Source of the DNA: Candidatus Latescibacterota bacterium
GTDB lineage: Bacteria > Latescibacterota > UBA2968 > GCA-2709665
Direction: 5' to 3'
NCBI GenBank assembly: GCA_965116875.1
Contig: OZ220733.1
Span: forward strand, 864,001-928,000
DNA: 64,000 bases
Part shown: one piece after another, positions 30,262 through 40,314 of the stretch
Numbering within the stretch: position 1 is the stretch's first letter
Layout: each line of letters begins with the position of its first letter
Program-made: the position numbers and the translations under genes
Notes under the pieces: model-generated
What the model was told of the DNA's origin: nothing
The model's input: the letters and a program-made list of their open reading frames with translations, nothing else
Database searches by the model: none

Positions 30262-31164
30262 CTACTCTTTTGGGTTGAACGCGTCGTTCAGCCCGTCGCC
30301 CAGATACGTAAACGACAGCAGCGCAAGCGCGAACGTGGCGGCCGGCCACGCGAGCTGATAGGGAAAGGCCCTGAAATTCAGGCTTCCCACCTGGATCAGG
30401 ACCCCCCAACTGGGGCGCGGAGGCATCACCCCCAGCCCGAGCAGGCTCAGCGCCGACTCCGTCATCATCAGGCCGGGGACCATGAAGGCGATGGCGACGA
30501 TCAGCGGGCCGAAGGAATTCGGAAGCACGTACCGACGGATCGCGTACCGGTGCGTTGCCCCGAGCGCGCGCGCGGACTCCACGTATTCGAGGTTCTTGAT
30601 GGACAGGACCTGGGCGCGCATCAGCCGGGCGAACCCCACCCAGCCGGTGGCTGCGATGGCGATGAAGATCGTCACGATGCCCCGGCCAAGGACGGACACC
30701 AGGATGATGCTGAACAGAAAACCGGGGAACGCGTACATCACATCGGTAAACCGCATCAACACGTTGTCCACGACGCCGCCCGCGTATCCCGCGACCGCGC
30801 CGATGAGCCCGCCGATCGCCACTGAAATCACGGTGGCGCCGAATGCGACGGCCAGGGCCGTCTGAAGACTGAAGATCAGACGGCTGAAGATGTCACGCCC
30901 CACCTCGTCCGTCCCGGCGATGTGCCGCCAGGACGGCGGCTGGTACGCGTTGTCCAGGTCGATCTGGTTGTACCCGTACGGCGCGATGGTATCCGCGAGG
31001 GCTGCAACCAGAACCATCGCAATCACAAACGCCAGGCTCAGCACCGCGAGCCGGTTCGACGCGAATCGTTGCCAGACGGCGCCCCAATAGGAGATCCGTA
31101 GCGGCCGGGGCGACGACTCATCCGCATCGGAGGGCTTACGGCCGGCCGGATTCAATACAGACAC
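30262..31164 (-). CDS. Oligopeptide ABC transporter permease (OppC-like)
   Basis: HIAGTDEVGRDIFSR; EYVESARALGA. Confidence 0.95.
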   Translation of the reverse strand: MSVLNPAGRKPSDADESSPRPLRISYWGAVWQRFASNRLAVLSLAFVIAMVLVAALADTIAPYGYNQIDLDNAYQPPSWRHIAGTDEVGRDIFSRLIFSLQTALAVAFGATVISVAIGGLIGAVAGYAGGVVDNVLMRFTDVMYAFPGFLFSIILVSVLGRGIVTIFIAIAATGWVGFARLMRAQVLSIKNLEYVESARALGATHRYAIRRYVLPNSFGPLIVAIAFMVPGLMMTESALSLLGLGVMPPRPSWGVLIQVGSLNFRAFPYQLAWPAATFALALLSFTYLGDGLNDAFNPKE

Positions 31165-31188
31165 GCGTTTTCTCCTCCCAAAGGGTCA

Positions 31189-32163
31189 TCACCTGTTTTG
31201 TCTATAGCTCGCCCGGATGCGCGGATCGATCAGCGCGTACCCGATATCCACGAGCAGGTTCATCAGCATAATCAGGAATCCGAAGAACAGGGTGGACGTG
31301 ATGATCATCGGATAATCGCGGGTCCCGGCGGCGGCGACGAACAGCTTGCCCAGGCCGGGGATATTGAAGATTTCCTCGATGAACGCCGTGCTTACCATGA
31401 GGTTGGCGAACTGCGGTCCGGTAATCGTCAGCAGGGGGATCAGCGAATTCCGCAACGCGTGGCGGAAGACCGCCTTGTTCCGGTTTCCCCCTTTCGAGAA
31501 GACCGTTCGCACGTAGTCTTCACCCATTTCCTTGATCAGGCTCACCCGGACGTACCGGGCGATGCCCGCAACCGGCTGGAAGACCATCGCCATGACCGGA
31601 AGCACCGCGTACTCCCAGGTCCCCCATCCGGACGTGGGAAAGAGCTGGAGCGTCACGGCGAAGAAGACGATCACCAGCAGGGCGATGACGTAGGACGGAA
31701 TGCAGATGCCCAGCATGGAAACGAACATGGTCGCGCGGTCGATCCACGTATTCCGGTACAGCGCCGCGCCAATGCCCATGGGAATGCCGATCAGGAGGGC
31801 AAGCAACATCGGCGAGAAGGCCAGGACGAACGTGCGCGGAAAGGCCGTCGTCATCATTTCCTGAATGGTCGTATCCGGATAGCGGAACGAGGGTCCGAAG
31901 TCCAGAACGGCCGCGTGCCGCAGATAGATCAGGATCTGCTCCCAGACGGGCGTATTCTCGCCGTAGCGTTCCTCCCAGAGCATGAGCGTCTGGCTCTTCT
32001 CCTCGAACTGGCTCAGCCTGCTGCCCGTGATCTGCTGGTTCATCAGCCGTTCGATGTTGAAGAAGTCGCCCGGCGCGGCGTGCATCAGGTAGAACGTGAT
32101 GATCAGAATCGCGATCAGGCTCACGAAGATCTGACCGACCCGGCGGAAGAAGAACATGACCAT
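31189..32163 (-). CDS. Oligopeptide ABC transporter permease (OppB-like)
   Basis: DFGPSF; HALRNSLIP; RDYP; IDPRI. Confidence 0.95.
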   Translation of the reverse strand: MVMFFFRRVGQIFVSLIAILIITFYLMHAAPGDFFNIERLMNQQITGSRLSQFEEKSQTLMLWEERYGENTPVWEQILIYLRHAAVLDFGPSFRYPDTTIQEMMTTAFPRTFVLAFSPMLLALLIGIPMGIGAALYRNTWIDRATMFVSMLGICIPSYVIALLVIVFFAVTLQLFPTSGWGTWEYAVLPVMAMVFQPVAGIARYVRVSLIKEMGEDYVRTVFSKGGNRNKAVFRHALRNSLIPLLTITGPQFANLMVSTAFIEEIFNIPGLGKLFVAAAGTRDYPMIITSTLFFGFLIMLMNLLVDIGYALIDPRIRASYRQNR

Positions 32164-32193
32164 GACGATTCTCCGTATCGGGACCGCTCCCGT

Positions 32194-34155
32194 TTACAGT
32201 TGCTGACCCCTGTCATCGATATCGATCCATTTCAGATACATGGGATTGGCCCACCAGTAGGCGCAGAACTTCAATCCCTGCACGTAGGGCTTGACCAGAG
32301 CGGTGGCATTGGCGACGTGGAGCGGAAAATCCCAGCTGAATGCCTGGACCAGACGGTGTACTTCGCGGTTGATCTCAGCCTGGCGGGACGGGCTCCGCGC
32401 GTGATGCGCTTCCTGACGCATTTCCTCCAGACGCCAGCGAAGGTCGCTGGTGTTCGACCACTGGAAATGGTATTGGCGGGCCTGGAGCAGCGTGACGTTG
32501 AGCGCCTTCCAGCACCATTCCAGGTCCGCATCCGGCGCGCCCGCCGTCCGCATGATCTCGTCCGCGGTCTGCCGCCAGCCGCTCATCACCTCCTCCGCCT
32601 GCCCGCGCAGGTGCGGTCCGTGCCTTCCGTTCGCAAAGAGCGACATTACCGAGTCCGCGTACGCCCCGATTCGCAGGTGGACCGGTTCGAAATCGGAGAG
32701 GCGCTCCCCCCCCTTGAGTTTGACCATGCCCGAGCGGACCTGCAGGATGCGCCGCTGCCCCTCCCACCAGGCCCCGTAGACGCCGGGATCGTTCGTCCAC
32801 TGGACGTTTTCAATCCATTGCGTGCCGTAGATGGGATTCGGCCACGGCGCCCCCGAGGCCGCAAAGCAGAACCCCGCATAATCCGATGGATTCAGGGACA
32901 CCCGCTTGTCGGCGTACACCCCCAGTTCCTGATTGTCGATCCGGAACCGGATGCCCAGATTCTCTTCCAGCATGGTGGCGATCACCACGAACTGCGACAC
33001 CATCTCGGGCGCCAGGTACGACGGGATCAGAATCACCGACTCGGGAATGCCCTTTCCACCCGGATACCCCGCTTCGGACAGCAGTCGCCGGGCTTCTTCG
33101 AGGTCGAATCTCATCCCGAATCCGGGATCCCAATCCGGCATCGCGGGCGTGGAAAGCATATGCATGGGCGTCTCCCGCCCGAGAAAGATCGACTCCACGA
33201 TCCGGCGCTTGTCGAAACCGAGGGCAATCGCGCGCCGAACGCGGGCGTCCCAGTAGACCGGGTGCTTCGAGAACAGGAATTTTACAAAGGAGAGCCCGCT
33301 CGTGGGCGTCAGGACCAGCTCGTCGCTCAGATCGGGATGGTGTCTGGCGTAATGGATATCGGCGATCGACGGCAGCAGCGCGAAGTCGATCTCACCGCTC
33401 TGATAGCCTTCCAGCGGTCTGCCCGCGAAGCGGCTGTGTATCCGCTCCAGATTGCCGCGGGGCAGATTGTACTGCGGATTCTGCTCCAGGACGATATGGG
33501 AATTGAGTTCCCACTCCACGATCCGGTACGGTCCGTTCCCCTGGTAGTTGGGCAACTTGTGCCACGCGTCTCCGTACTCTTCAAGTGATCCGCGGTGAAT
33601 CGGAAACATGCTTCCCGTCACCATCGCGTTCATGAAGGCGGGATACGGCCTCGCCAGGCGGAATCGCAGCGTGAAGTCGTCCGGCACGTCCACACCCACC
33701 TCGTCCTCCCGCGCCGCGCCGTTTCTGAAATCCATCGCCTTGACCACGTACTGCAGCGGCGTGTCCCAGAGCCACTTGCTTTCGCGCCCCGGTTCCATCT
33801 GATAGATGAAGGCGGACCTGTAGTCCCGCGCCGTTACCGTCGTCCCGTCGTACCAGCGGTTGTCCCGCCGCAGAAAGAACGTAAACGTCAGCCTGTCTTC
33901 GGAGATTTCCCACCGTTCGGCCTGCGCCGGAATCAACCCGCCTTCCGGACCCAGTTGGACCAGGCCCTCTTTCGTGCCGAGCGTAATCTGGGCGTACATC
34001 CCCCCCGTATACAGATAGCTGTTCAACGTACTCACGGGCGGTCCGATGTACCGGATCTCCCTGGGTCGGCCGGCATGCGCCGGTGTACCCAGGAGCGTTA
34101 CGGCAAGAATTGCGAACATGACGCCCGTTCGCCAATCTGTGCTCCGGAGAATCAT
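32194..34155 (-). CDS. Family 5 ABC substrate-binding protein (OppA-like) with C-terminal insertion
   Basis: AERWEISEDRLTFTFFLR; GNGPY; DARVRRAI. Confidence 0.9.
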   Translation of the reverse strand: MILRSTDWRTGVMFAILAVTLLGTPAHAGRPREIRYIGPPVSTLNSYLYTGGMYAQITLGTKEGLVQLGPEGGLIPAQAERWEISEDRLTFTFFLRRDNRWYDGTTVTARDYRSAFIYQMEPGRESKWLWDTPLQYVVKAMDFRNGAAREDEVGVDVPDDFTLRFRLARPYPAFMNAMVTGSMFPIHRGSLEEYGDAWHKLPNYQGNGPYRIVEWELNSHIVLEQNPQYNLPRGNLERIHSRFAGRPLEGYQSGEIDFALLPSIADIHYARHHPDLSDELVLTPTSGLSFVKFLFSKHPVYWDARVRRAIALGFDKRRIVESIFLGRETPMHMLSTPAMPDWDPGFGMRFDLEEARRLLSEAGYPGGKGIPESVILIPSYLAPEMVSQFVVIATMLEENLGIRFRIDNQELGVYADKRVSLNPSDYAGFCFAASGAPWPNPIYGTQWIENVQWTNDPGVYGAWWEGQRRILQVRSGMVKLKGGERLSDFEPVHLRIGAYADSVMSLFANGRHGPHLRGQAEEVMSGWRQTADEIMRTAGAPDADLEWCWKALNVTLLQARQYHFQWSNTSDLRWRLEEMRQEAHHARSPSRQAEINREVHRLVQAFSWDFPLHVANATALVKPYVQGLKFCAYWWANPMYLKWIDIDDRGQQL

Positions 34156-35873
34156 GGACCCGCTTCCCCTTCCTCAATGACGATCTCCCGATCGGCTGAT
34201 GTGCTCCCCATGTGCTCCATCGCGCCGCCGGGCCATCGGACCGTGACGGAATCAGCCGCTTCGTGCCGGCCGAGTCCGAAGTGAAGACGGAAGTCGTTCT
34301 GCGACAGATAGCTTGATCCGCTTTGCACCTCGCGGACCTGCCGCCGTCCGCCGGCCCATACCGTCACGCTGGCGCCGATGCCGTTGCGGTTGGACCGGCG
34401 TACCGCGCTGCCGGCATTCTTCCGATGCTCCCGTGCGGCGCCGACCAGTTTGATCCTCAGCCAGCGGTTCCCGTTGCCGACCTCGTTTCTCAGGAGACGC
34501 GCTTCGCCGTTCACCGCCAGTACGAACACGTCCACGTCGCCGTCATTGTCGTAGTCCCCGAAGGCGGCGCCCCGGGCCGGGACCGGTGCGGTCAGGTCGT
34601 CCTTCACTTCGCGCGTGACGTCGACGAACCGGCCGTCGCCCCTGTTTCGCATCAGGATGGCCGGCTGCCGGTAGACACTCCCCACCCGGTCGGCGTTATC
34701 GAGCACGTGGCCGTGCACCATCAGAAGATCGGTCCAGCCATCGTTGTCGTAGTCCAGAAATCCCGTTCCCCACCCAACGTGGGGCATCGTGGGGATCCTG
34801 ACCCCCGAGGTCGAGGAGACGTCCGTGAAAAGCGCGCCGCCCTCGTTACGGTAGAGCCCGGCGCCCTCCAGCCTGAAATTGGTAACGGCAAGGTCCAGCC
34901 GGCCGTCCCGGTTGAAATCGCCGAAGTCCGCGCCCATACTGGACTGAAGCTCGCCGGACCCGTTGTAGGCCACGCCCGACAGAAGGCCCTTCTCCACAAA
35001 ACGCCCGTCGCCCTGATTCAGATAGAGAAAATTGGGCGTCATATCGTTGGCCACGAAGACGTCCACCCACCCATTGCCGTCGACGTCGGCGCAGGCCATC
35101 CCCATCCCCTTGCCGCCGGGATTGAAGACGCCCGCCCGCTCCGTCACGTCGGTAAAGGTCCCGTCGCCATTGTTGCGATACAGGCGGTCGGCAGCCCCCT
35201 TGAAGTTGTCGGGGTGCGGATAGAACCTGCCCTCCTCCGAGAGACCTGTGGACCGTGCAACGTAGGGCCTCAGTCGCGTCTTTGGGGTGGCGGTGGAGTA
35301 GTCGACGTAGTTGGCCACGTAGACGTCCAGGAATCCATCCGCGTCGTAGTCCAGGAAGGCGCACCCCACGCTCCACGCGGCATCGCCGGCCACGCCGGCC
35401 TCGGCCGCAACGTTCCGGAACGTCCCGTCGCCGTTGTTCCGGAACAGGCTGTTGGGCCCGTAACACGTCACGTACAGGTCGTCGTGACCGTCGTTGTCGA
35501 AGTCTCCGGCGCAGACGCCCATGCCGTAGGCCGTTTCACCCACGCCCGCGAACCGCGTGACGTCCGAGAAGCGACCCCCGCCGGCGTTCCGGTACAGCCG
35601 GTTTTTCGGGGGAGCTCCGGCATAGCCGGGCAACGTCCCTCCGTTGACGGCGAATACGTCCAGCCGGCCGTCGCTGTTGTAGTCCAGAAACGCGACCCCG
35701 GACCCCATCGTCTCCACGAAGTACTTTCTGCCGGTGCCGCCGTGGACGTGCCGGAAGTCAATGCCCGATGACGCCGTCACGTCGACGAACCGGGGCGAGT
35801 CCGCGTACAGAGACCCGCCATAAAAATTCAGAAGGAAGAAGAAAAAGGGAAGAAGGGTGGACATCTTTCCCAT
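34152..35873 (-). CDS. CRTAC1-like FG-GAP / ASPIC-UnbV protein
   Basis: FVDVT..ETMGSGVAFLDY; SYLSQNDFRLHFGLG; VRWPGG. The ORF-track extension to 35993 runs into repeat R1. Confidence 0.9.
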   Translation of the reverse strand: MGKMSTLLPFFFFLLNFYGGSLYADSPRFVDVTASSGIDFRHVHGGTGRKYFVETMGSGVAFLDYNSDGRLDVFAVNGGTLPGYAGAPPKNRLYRNAGGGRFSDVTRFAGVGETAYGMGVCAGDFDNDGHDDLYVTCYGPNSLFRNNGDGTFRNVAAEAGVAGDAAWSVGCAFLDYDADGFLDVYVANYVDYSTATPKTRLRPYVARSTGLSEEGRFYPHPDNFKGAADRLYRNNGDGTFTDVTERAGVFNPGGKGMGMACADVDGNGWVDVFVANDMTPNFLYLNQGDGRFVEKGLLSGVAYNGSGELQSSMGADFGDFNRDGRLDLAVTNFRLEGAGLYRNEGGALFTDVSSTSGVRIPTMPHVGWGTGFLDYDNDGWTDLLMVHGHVLDNADRVGSVYRQPAILMRNRGDGRFVDVTREVKDDLTAPVPARGAAFGDYDNDGDVDVFVLAVNGEARLLRNEVGNGNRWLRIKLVGAAREHRKNAGSAVRRSNRNGIGASVTVWAGGRRQVREVQSGSSYLSQNDFRLHFGLGRHEAADSVTVRWPGGAMEHMGSTSADREIVIEEGEAGP

Positions 35874-35917
35874 ATAACACCCTCGAAGCCGGACTCTCGC
35901 TAACGATTTAACAGAAC

Positions 35918-36308
35918 GAGACCTACCCCCTGGCCCCCATCTTGAAGGAAAAAGGAAGAAGGAAAAAGTAGCGGTAACTTTGACGTCTGTCACTTCTGCA
36001 ATCGGACTCTCGCAAGAATCGAATGGAAGCGGATTGCTGAGGAGAGCGGAAAACCGGCGGCGTTTCCTTGAAACTCAGAGTGTCTATGGATGACCGGCAC
36101 GCGACGTGTGCCTTTCCTCCCTCTCTCCCGGACCTACCCCCTAACCCCCTTCCTGAAGGAAGGGGGGACGTTGATGGGTTGATTTACAGGCTTTGTGATG
36201 TGCCGGATAGCGATTACCTTTCAATCGGAGTGTCTATCAATGACCGGCACGCGACGAGTGCCTTTCTCCCTCTTTCCTTTAGGAGAGAGGGTCGGGGAGA
36301 GAGGTCGC
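35918..36308 (+). repeat. Repeat family R1, copy 3
   Basis: Colinear with 21697..22068. Confidence 0.9.
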
Positions 36309-36312
36309 GAAA

Positions 36313-36448
36313 GAGTGGGGAGACGGGAGAGGGGAGACGGTAGAAGAAGCCCTTGCCGATTTGTTCCTCCGACTTGCCTGCGGCATGAAAAGAAGCCCTT
36401 TACGGCATGCGACCTCTCCCGTCTCCCGGCTTACGTCTACCCGCTCTC
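36313..36448 (+). repeat. Repeat family R2, copy D
   Basis: Same core as 5889 and 44379. Confidence 0.85.
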
Positions 36449-36454
36449 AGGCTT

Positions 36455-36501
36455 TTCCTTCTTCCTTTTTCCTTTTTCCTTTTTCCTTCTTCCTTCTTCC
36501 C
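36455..36501 (-). repeat. Tandem heptamer TT(C/T)TTCC
   Basis: About 6 units; reverse complement of the GGAA(G/A)AA runs at 21697, 35944 and 46292. Confidence 0.85.
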
Positions 36502-36510
36502 TTGTTTCTC

Positions 36511-37641
36511 TTATTTGCTGTTGAGCAGCGTATGGACCGCCCGTTTGAACACGTGGATCGCGCGTCTCGCGGCGCCGTGCGGACCCGCCGTGGCGACGTT
36601 GATTTCATAGAATACGCTGGGGATGCCAAGCCTCCGGGCCATCTGATAGCACATGGTATTCTCACGATGCACGTTGGCCCTGCCGTGCGTGGACATGCCG
36701 TCGGTCTCCAGGCGCATCGTATCGCAAAGGGCCTGGTACAGCCGGGCTGCTTCGGCATTCTCAAAGACCGGATCGACCACCTCGTACCACCCGTCGTACG
36801 GGTATTCTCCATTTTCCCGCCAGCCCACGAACGCGTGGATATTCACCCACAGCGCCGGCCGGTCCTTTACGAGCTTGTCCCATAGCAAACGACTCTCGTG
36901 AGCTTCGGGCGCCTCCGCTTCCGGATCTTCGCCGAATGCCCGGTACATGTCCAACCCTTCGGCGTTGAACGCGTTCCTGCCCATCACGTTGCCATCGGGA
37001 TTGACCACCGGCACCACCTCCACCTGGGTCTGCTCCCGAAGGGTGACGGCATCCGGCACAAGCGAGGTGACGAAATCCGCAATGCCCAGCATTCCCCACG
37101 TGCCTGTAAATTCGATTGCGTGTTGTCCGGCCACGCACAGGATCCGGGGCTTGCCGGGCGCGCCTGTCCGGATGCCGGTGATTTCGCGGCCCTGTACCGA
37201 TGCGTCGATGGTGAACGCCTCGCAGCGGTCCCCGCGTTCATCCGCCAGCCTTCGCATCGCGTCCTGCGTATCGCTATAGGGCGCGGGCCATGCGTTCGTT
37301 ACCCGAATCGTCTCGTTCGCGTTCAGATTCAGGCGGATCAGCAGCGGTTCCTCCGAATTCCGGACCCGTTCGCGGTCGAGCGGCTTGAATCGGCCCTCCG
37401 TACCGGATGAGACCCACACCGTGGTCGGCAGGCTGACCACGAATCCCTCCGGGCCGAATCGCGAGTCCGGCCACACTTCAACGGTCACAAACGATGCGGG
37501 ACCTTCATTCCGGACGTCGAAACAGAAGTAGTAACAGTACGTGGGCTTGTCTCCGATGACCTCGAGCCGGAACCGGTCGATCGCGATCTGCCGGATCTGC
37601 TTCGCGTTTCCACATTCGAAATCAGCGGTGATTGATATCAT
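36511..37641 (-). CDS. M14 family zinc carboxypeptidase
   Basis: ADFECGN N-terminus; GQHAIE (HxxE), VNPDG, NIHA. Confidence 0.85.
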   Translation of the reverse strand: MISITADFECGNAKQIRQIAIDRFRLEVIGDKPTYCYYFCFDVRNEGPASFVTVEVWPDSRFGPEGFVVSLPTTVWVSSGTEGRFKPLDRERVRNSEEPLLIRLNLNANETIRVTNAWPAPYSDTQDAMRRLADERGDRCEAFTIDASVQGREITGIRTGAPGKPRILCVAGQHAIEFTGTWGMLGIADFVTSLVPDAVTLREQTQVEVVPVVNPDGNVMGRNAFNAEGLDMYRAFGEDPEAEAPEAHESRLLWDKLVKDRPALWVNIHAFVGWRENGEYPYDGWYEVVDPVFENAEAARLYQALCDTMRLETDGMSTHGRANVHRENTMCYQMARRLGIPSVFYEINVATAGPHGAARRAIHVFKRAVHTLLNSK

Positions 37642-37695
37642 CACGATTCTCCCCGGGATGCGCGTGGACGACGTACGCACACGCCACCGACCTGA

Positions 37696-38823
37696 TCAAT
37701 AGTACCCGGTTCCCGCGGGCGGCCGGGCGTACGCCACCTCGATCCGACCGGGAACGCCTTTGCGGTTCATCGAATTCACGCCCCTGCATGCCAGCGACTG
37801 GACTCCCTCCCGCATCGGCCAGTCGAATTGCTCGCCACACGGCTCCCAGGCCCCGTCGTCGAAGCGGATTTCGTAGTGGTCGAAGAACGGCATGCAATGT
37901 GAGAGCGTTACCGCCAGCCTGGCGCCCTCCTCGTCCCACGAGGGCCGGGTGGAAATGCGCACCAGATTCACGGTCCAGTACATGTCCGGGAGACTGGAGG
38001 TCCACTGAATGGGGCCAAGCGGTCTGAAATTGCTCACGAACGTGGGCAGGCAGCGGCGGTCCACCCACTCCAGGGTGAGGCGATCCGTCAGGACACGGAC
38101 CCGGGCATAGTAGTCCATCACCCGGTTTCGCAGGAACCTGGCGAACAACTGCCGGTTGACGTCCTCGTCATAGTCTTCCCGGCACGTGGGATCCCGGAGC
38201 GCGAGCCGGACGTGCCTGGCGTCGGGAATGACAAATTCCGGCTGGTCCTGCACCATTTCCACCTCATCCGCGGCGCCGTCCAGCCACGCCTCCCGGATCT
38301 CCAGCGCATTCAACGGCATACCGTCCCGTTCGTAGTGGACGTTGACGTCCGGATCCATCATCACCCACTTCCGGTGTTCGTTGGACCAGACCTCCGCGAC
38401 CGCGTGTCCGACGTTCCACATCGCGTAGTCCCGGGGCGCCTCGCAATCTTCAATGGAGACCGCCGCCCTCCGCGCCGGCCAGCCCAGGGCGGTTGCCGCA
38501 TCCACGTAAAGCCGTGCGTAGGAACCACAGAAGAACCGTTCCCCCCTGCTCACGGCTTCCAGGATTCCCAGGCCGTCGTCGACTTCCGGACGGTTGTACC
38601 AGAGCCCGTGGTCCCACTGTTTGCGGACCCATCGCTTCAGGGCCAGAAACCCCTCGAATTCCGTCTTGCAGCCCGCCACGACGTCCTCCAGCCCGTATTC
38701 TTCCCTGAGGCGCGCAATTCTCGGCGCATGCGGATCCCCGTAATCGTGGCAGGTATAATCCCCGCTGAAGTCAGGTACGTCATAGGCGACGACGCGGAAC
38801 TCTCCAGGACAGCTCTGGCTCAT
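37696..38823 (-). CDS. Transglutaminase-like domain protein
   Basis: Cys-His-Asp triad: FFCGSY, GHAVAEVW, WVMMDPD. Confidence 0.85.
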   Translation of the reverse strand: MSQSCPGEFRVVAYDVPDFSGDYTCHDYGDPHAPRIARLREEYGLEDVVAGCKTEFEGFLALKRWVRKQWDHGLWYNRPEVDDGLGILEAVSRGERFFCGSYARLYVDAATALGWPARRAAVSIEDCEAPRDYAMWNVGHAVAEVWSNEHRKWVMMDPDVNVHYERDGMPLNALEIREAWLDGAADEVEMVQDQPEFVIPDARHVRLALRDPTCREDYDEDVNRQLFARFLRNRVMDYYARVRVLTDRLTLEWVDRRCLPTFVSNFRPLGPIQWTSSLPDMYWTVNLVRISTRPSWDEEGARLAVTLSHCMPFFDHYEIRFDDGAWEPCGEQFDWPMREGVQSLACRGVNSMNRKGVPGRIEVAYARPPAGTGYY

Positions 38824-38839
38824 TTTGTTCTCCCGCGGG

Positions 38840-39754
38840 TCACCCGGTTCGTACCGGTTTTCCCAGCGCCTCGGCCATCGCGCGGATGTGCGACGGACCC
38901 GCGCCGCAGCAGCACCCCACGAAGTTGATCCCTTCCGCCCTCGCCTTCAGCGCGAACGCCGCCATATCGTCGGGCGTGACGCCATTGCGGTGACGGTGGA
39001 CGGCGTAGCCGACGTCTTCGGTATCCGTCATTTGCCTGAATCCCTTCGGCTGGCATGCGATCGGCACGTCCACCGCTTCCCGCATCTCGAGCGCCGTCGG
39101 CAGCATCTGGTCCGGGTCCCCGATGCAGACGGTCCCCACGATATCCGCGCCGTCGTCCGCGAGGACGCGGGCGCACTCCGCCGCGGTGGCGCCGTCCTGT
39201 GTCTGCTTGTCGCTGCCGATGCCCACGAGCGCCATCGTTGGCAGGCCGGTCTTCTTGCAGCTTTCCACGCACAGCCGCATCTCGTCCAGACGGAAGAACG
39301 TCTCCGGAATCAGGAAGTCGGCGCCGGCGTCGACGAGAATCGCGATCTGCTCTTCCCATTCGGCCTGCGCGCGGGCGTGCGACGAAGGATCCTCCGGATT
39401 GTAGACCCGGTCTCCCAGCCGGGAGCCGGTCATCGTGGAGACGAGACATCCGCCTACCGGCGCCTCCCAACCGGACGCCTCCTTCGCGGCGCGAATCCCG
39501 GTCCGGTTGATCTCGTCCACACGGTCTCCCCACCCGTATTTCTCCTCCAGCTGAGCGCCCGAGGTAAACCACGTCAACGCCTGGAGCACCTCGGCGCCCG
39601 AATTGAAGAAGTCCCGGTGGATCTGCTCGAGCGCCTGGGGGTGGGACCCGATGATACCGGGCACATCGTACCCGCGCCAGTTCGCCTCCAGGTACATCCC
39701 GCCGTCTCCCAGTACAGTCCCTTTTTTGAGCATTTCCATAAGATTCCCGGCCAT
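38840..39754 (-). CDS. HMT-family protein (copy 3)
   Basis: LGDGG, ETF, GTVC, VGCCCG. Confidence 0.9.
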   Translation of the reverse strand: MAGNLMEMLKKGTVLGDGGMYLEANWRGYDVPGIIGSHPQALEQIHRDFFNSGAEVLQALTWFTSGAQLEEKYGWGDRVDEINRTGIRAAKEASGWEAPVGGCLVSTMTGSRLGDRVYNPEDPSSHARAQAEWEEQIAILVDAGADFLIPETFFRLDEMRLCVESCKKTGLPTMALVGIGSDKQTQDGATAAECARVLADDGADIVGTVCIGDPDQMLPTALEMREAVDVPIACQPKGFRQMTDTEDVGYAVHRHRNGVTPDDMAAFALKARAEGINFVGCCCGAGPSHIRAMAEALGKPVRTG

Positions 39755-39825
39755 ATCAAGATTCTCCAATGTAGTTACGATACTTAATACGGAAGGCGTA
39801 TGAAGTGTTGGTTACGCCGGTGGTC

Positions 39826-40144
39826 GGGCGCCCACAAGGGACGCCCCTACACAGCCAAACGCCTATGAATTGAGCTTTTTGGGTTTCGCGCCGATGTTGC
39901 ATTTGTAGGGGCAACCCTTGTGGTTGCCCAAACGATGGCGCTGACAACCGTGACCTGATTTCGCCTGGCCGTATCGTACACCGGGTTTAGCTGAATGCTG
40001 ACCGCTGATGGCTGACACGGTAGAGGTAACGCCGATGGCCGGGCGCCCACAAGGGACGCCCCTACAATACCAGACGTCAACGAATTGAACTTTTCGGGTT
40101 CCGCGCCGATGTTGCATTCGTAGGGGCGTCCCTTGTGGGCGCCC
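39826..40144. repeat. REP cluster: four GTAG-type REPs in alternating orientation
   Basis: GTAGGGGCGTCCCTTGTGGGCGCCC or variant at 39826-39850(-), 39905-39929(+), 40041-40065(-) and 40120-40144(+). Confidence 0.9.
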
Positions 40145-40200
40145 AAAAAATGGCGTTGGTAACCGTGAATTGATTTTGCAAGGCCCGTCTGTTAACCTGT

Positions 40201-40298
40201 CCCGAGGCAATCTCCCGGGTATACTCCGCGCCGTTCTCCAGCACGTACGCCAGGGGTTGGGCGCAGACGGGTACGGACACGGCGTCCATCTGGCTCAT
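40201..40298 (-). pseudogene. Remnant of a sixth HMT paralog
   Basis: Encodes MSQMDAVSVPVCAQPLAYVLENGAEYTREIASG, matching 41832..41921 of copy 5. Confidence 0.8.
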
Positions 40299-40314
40299 GA
40301 GGTCCTCCCGCGAT

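Noticed and set aside
31198-33588. 796-aa plus-strand ORF
   Set aside because: Antisense to oppB and oppA
39826-40144. CRISPR reading of the 25-nt repeats
   Set aside because: Alternating orientation, GTAG foot and repeated spacers indicate REPs
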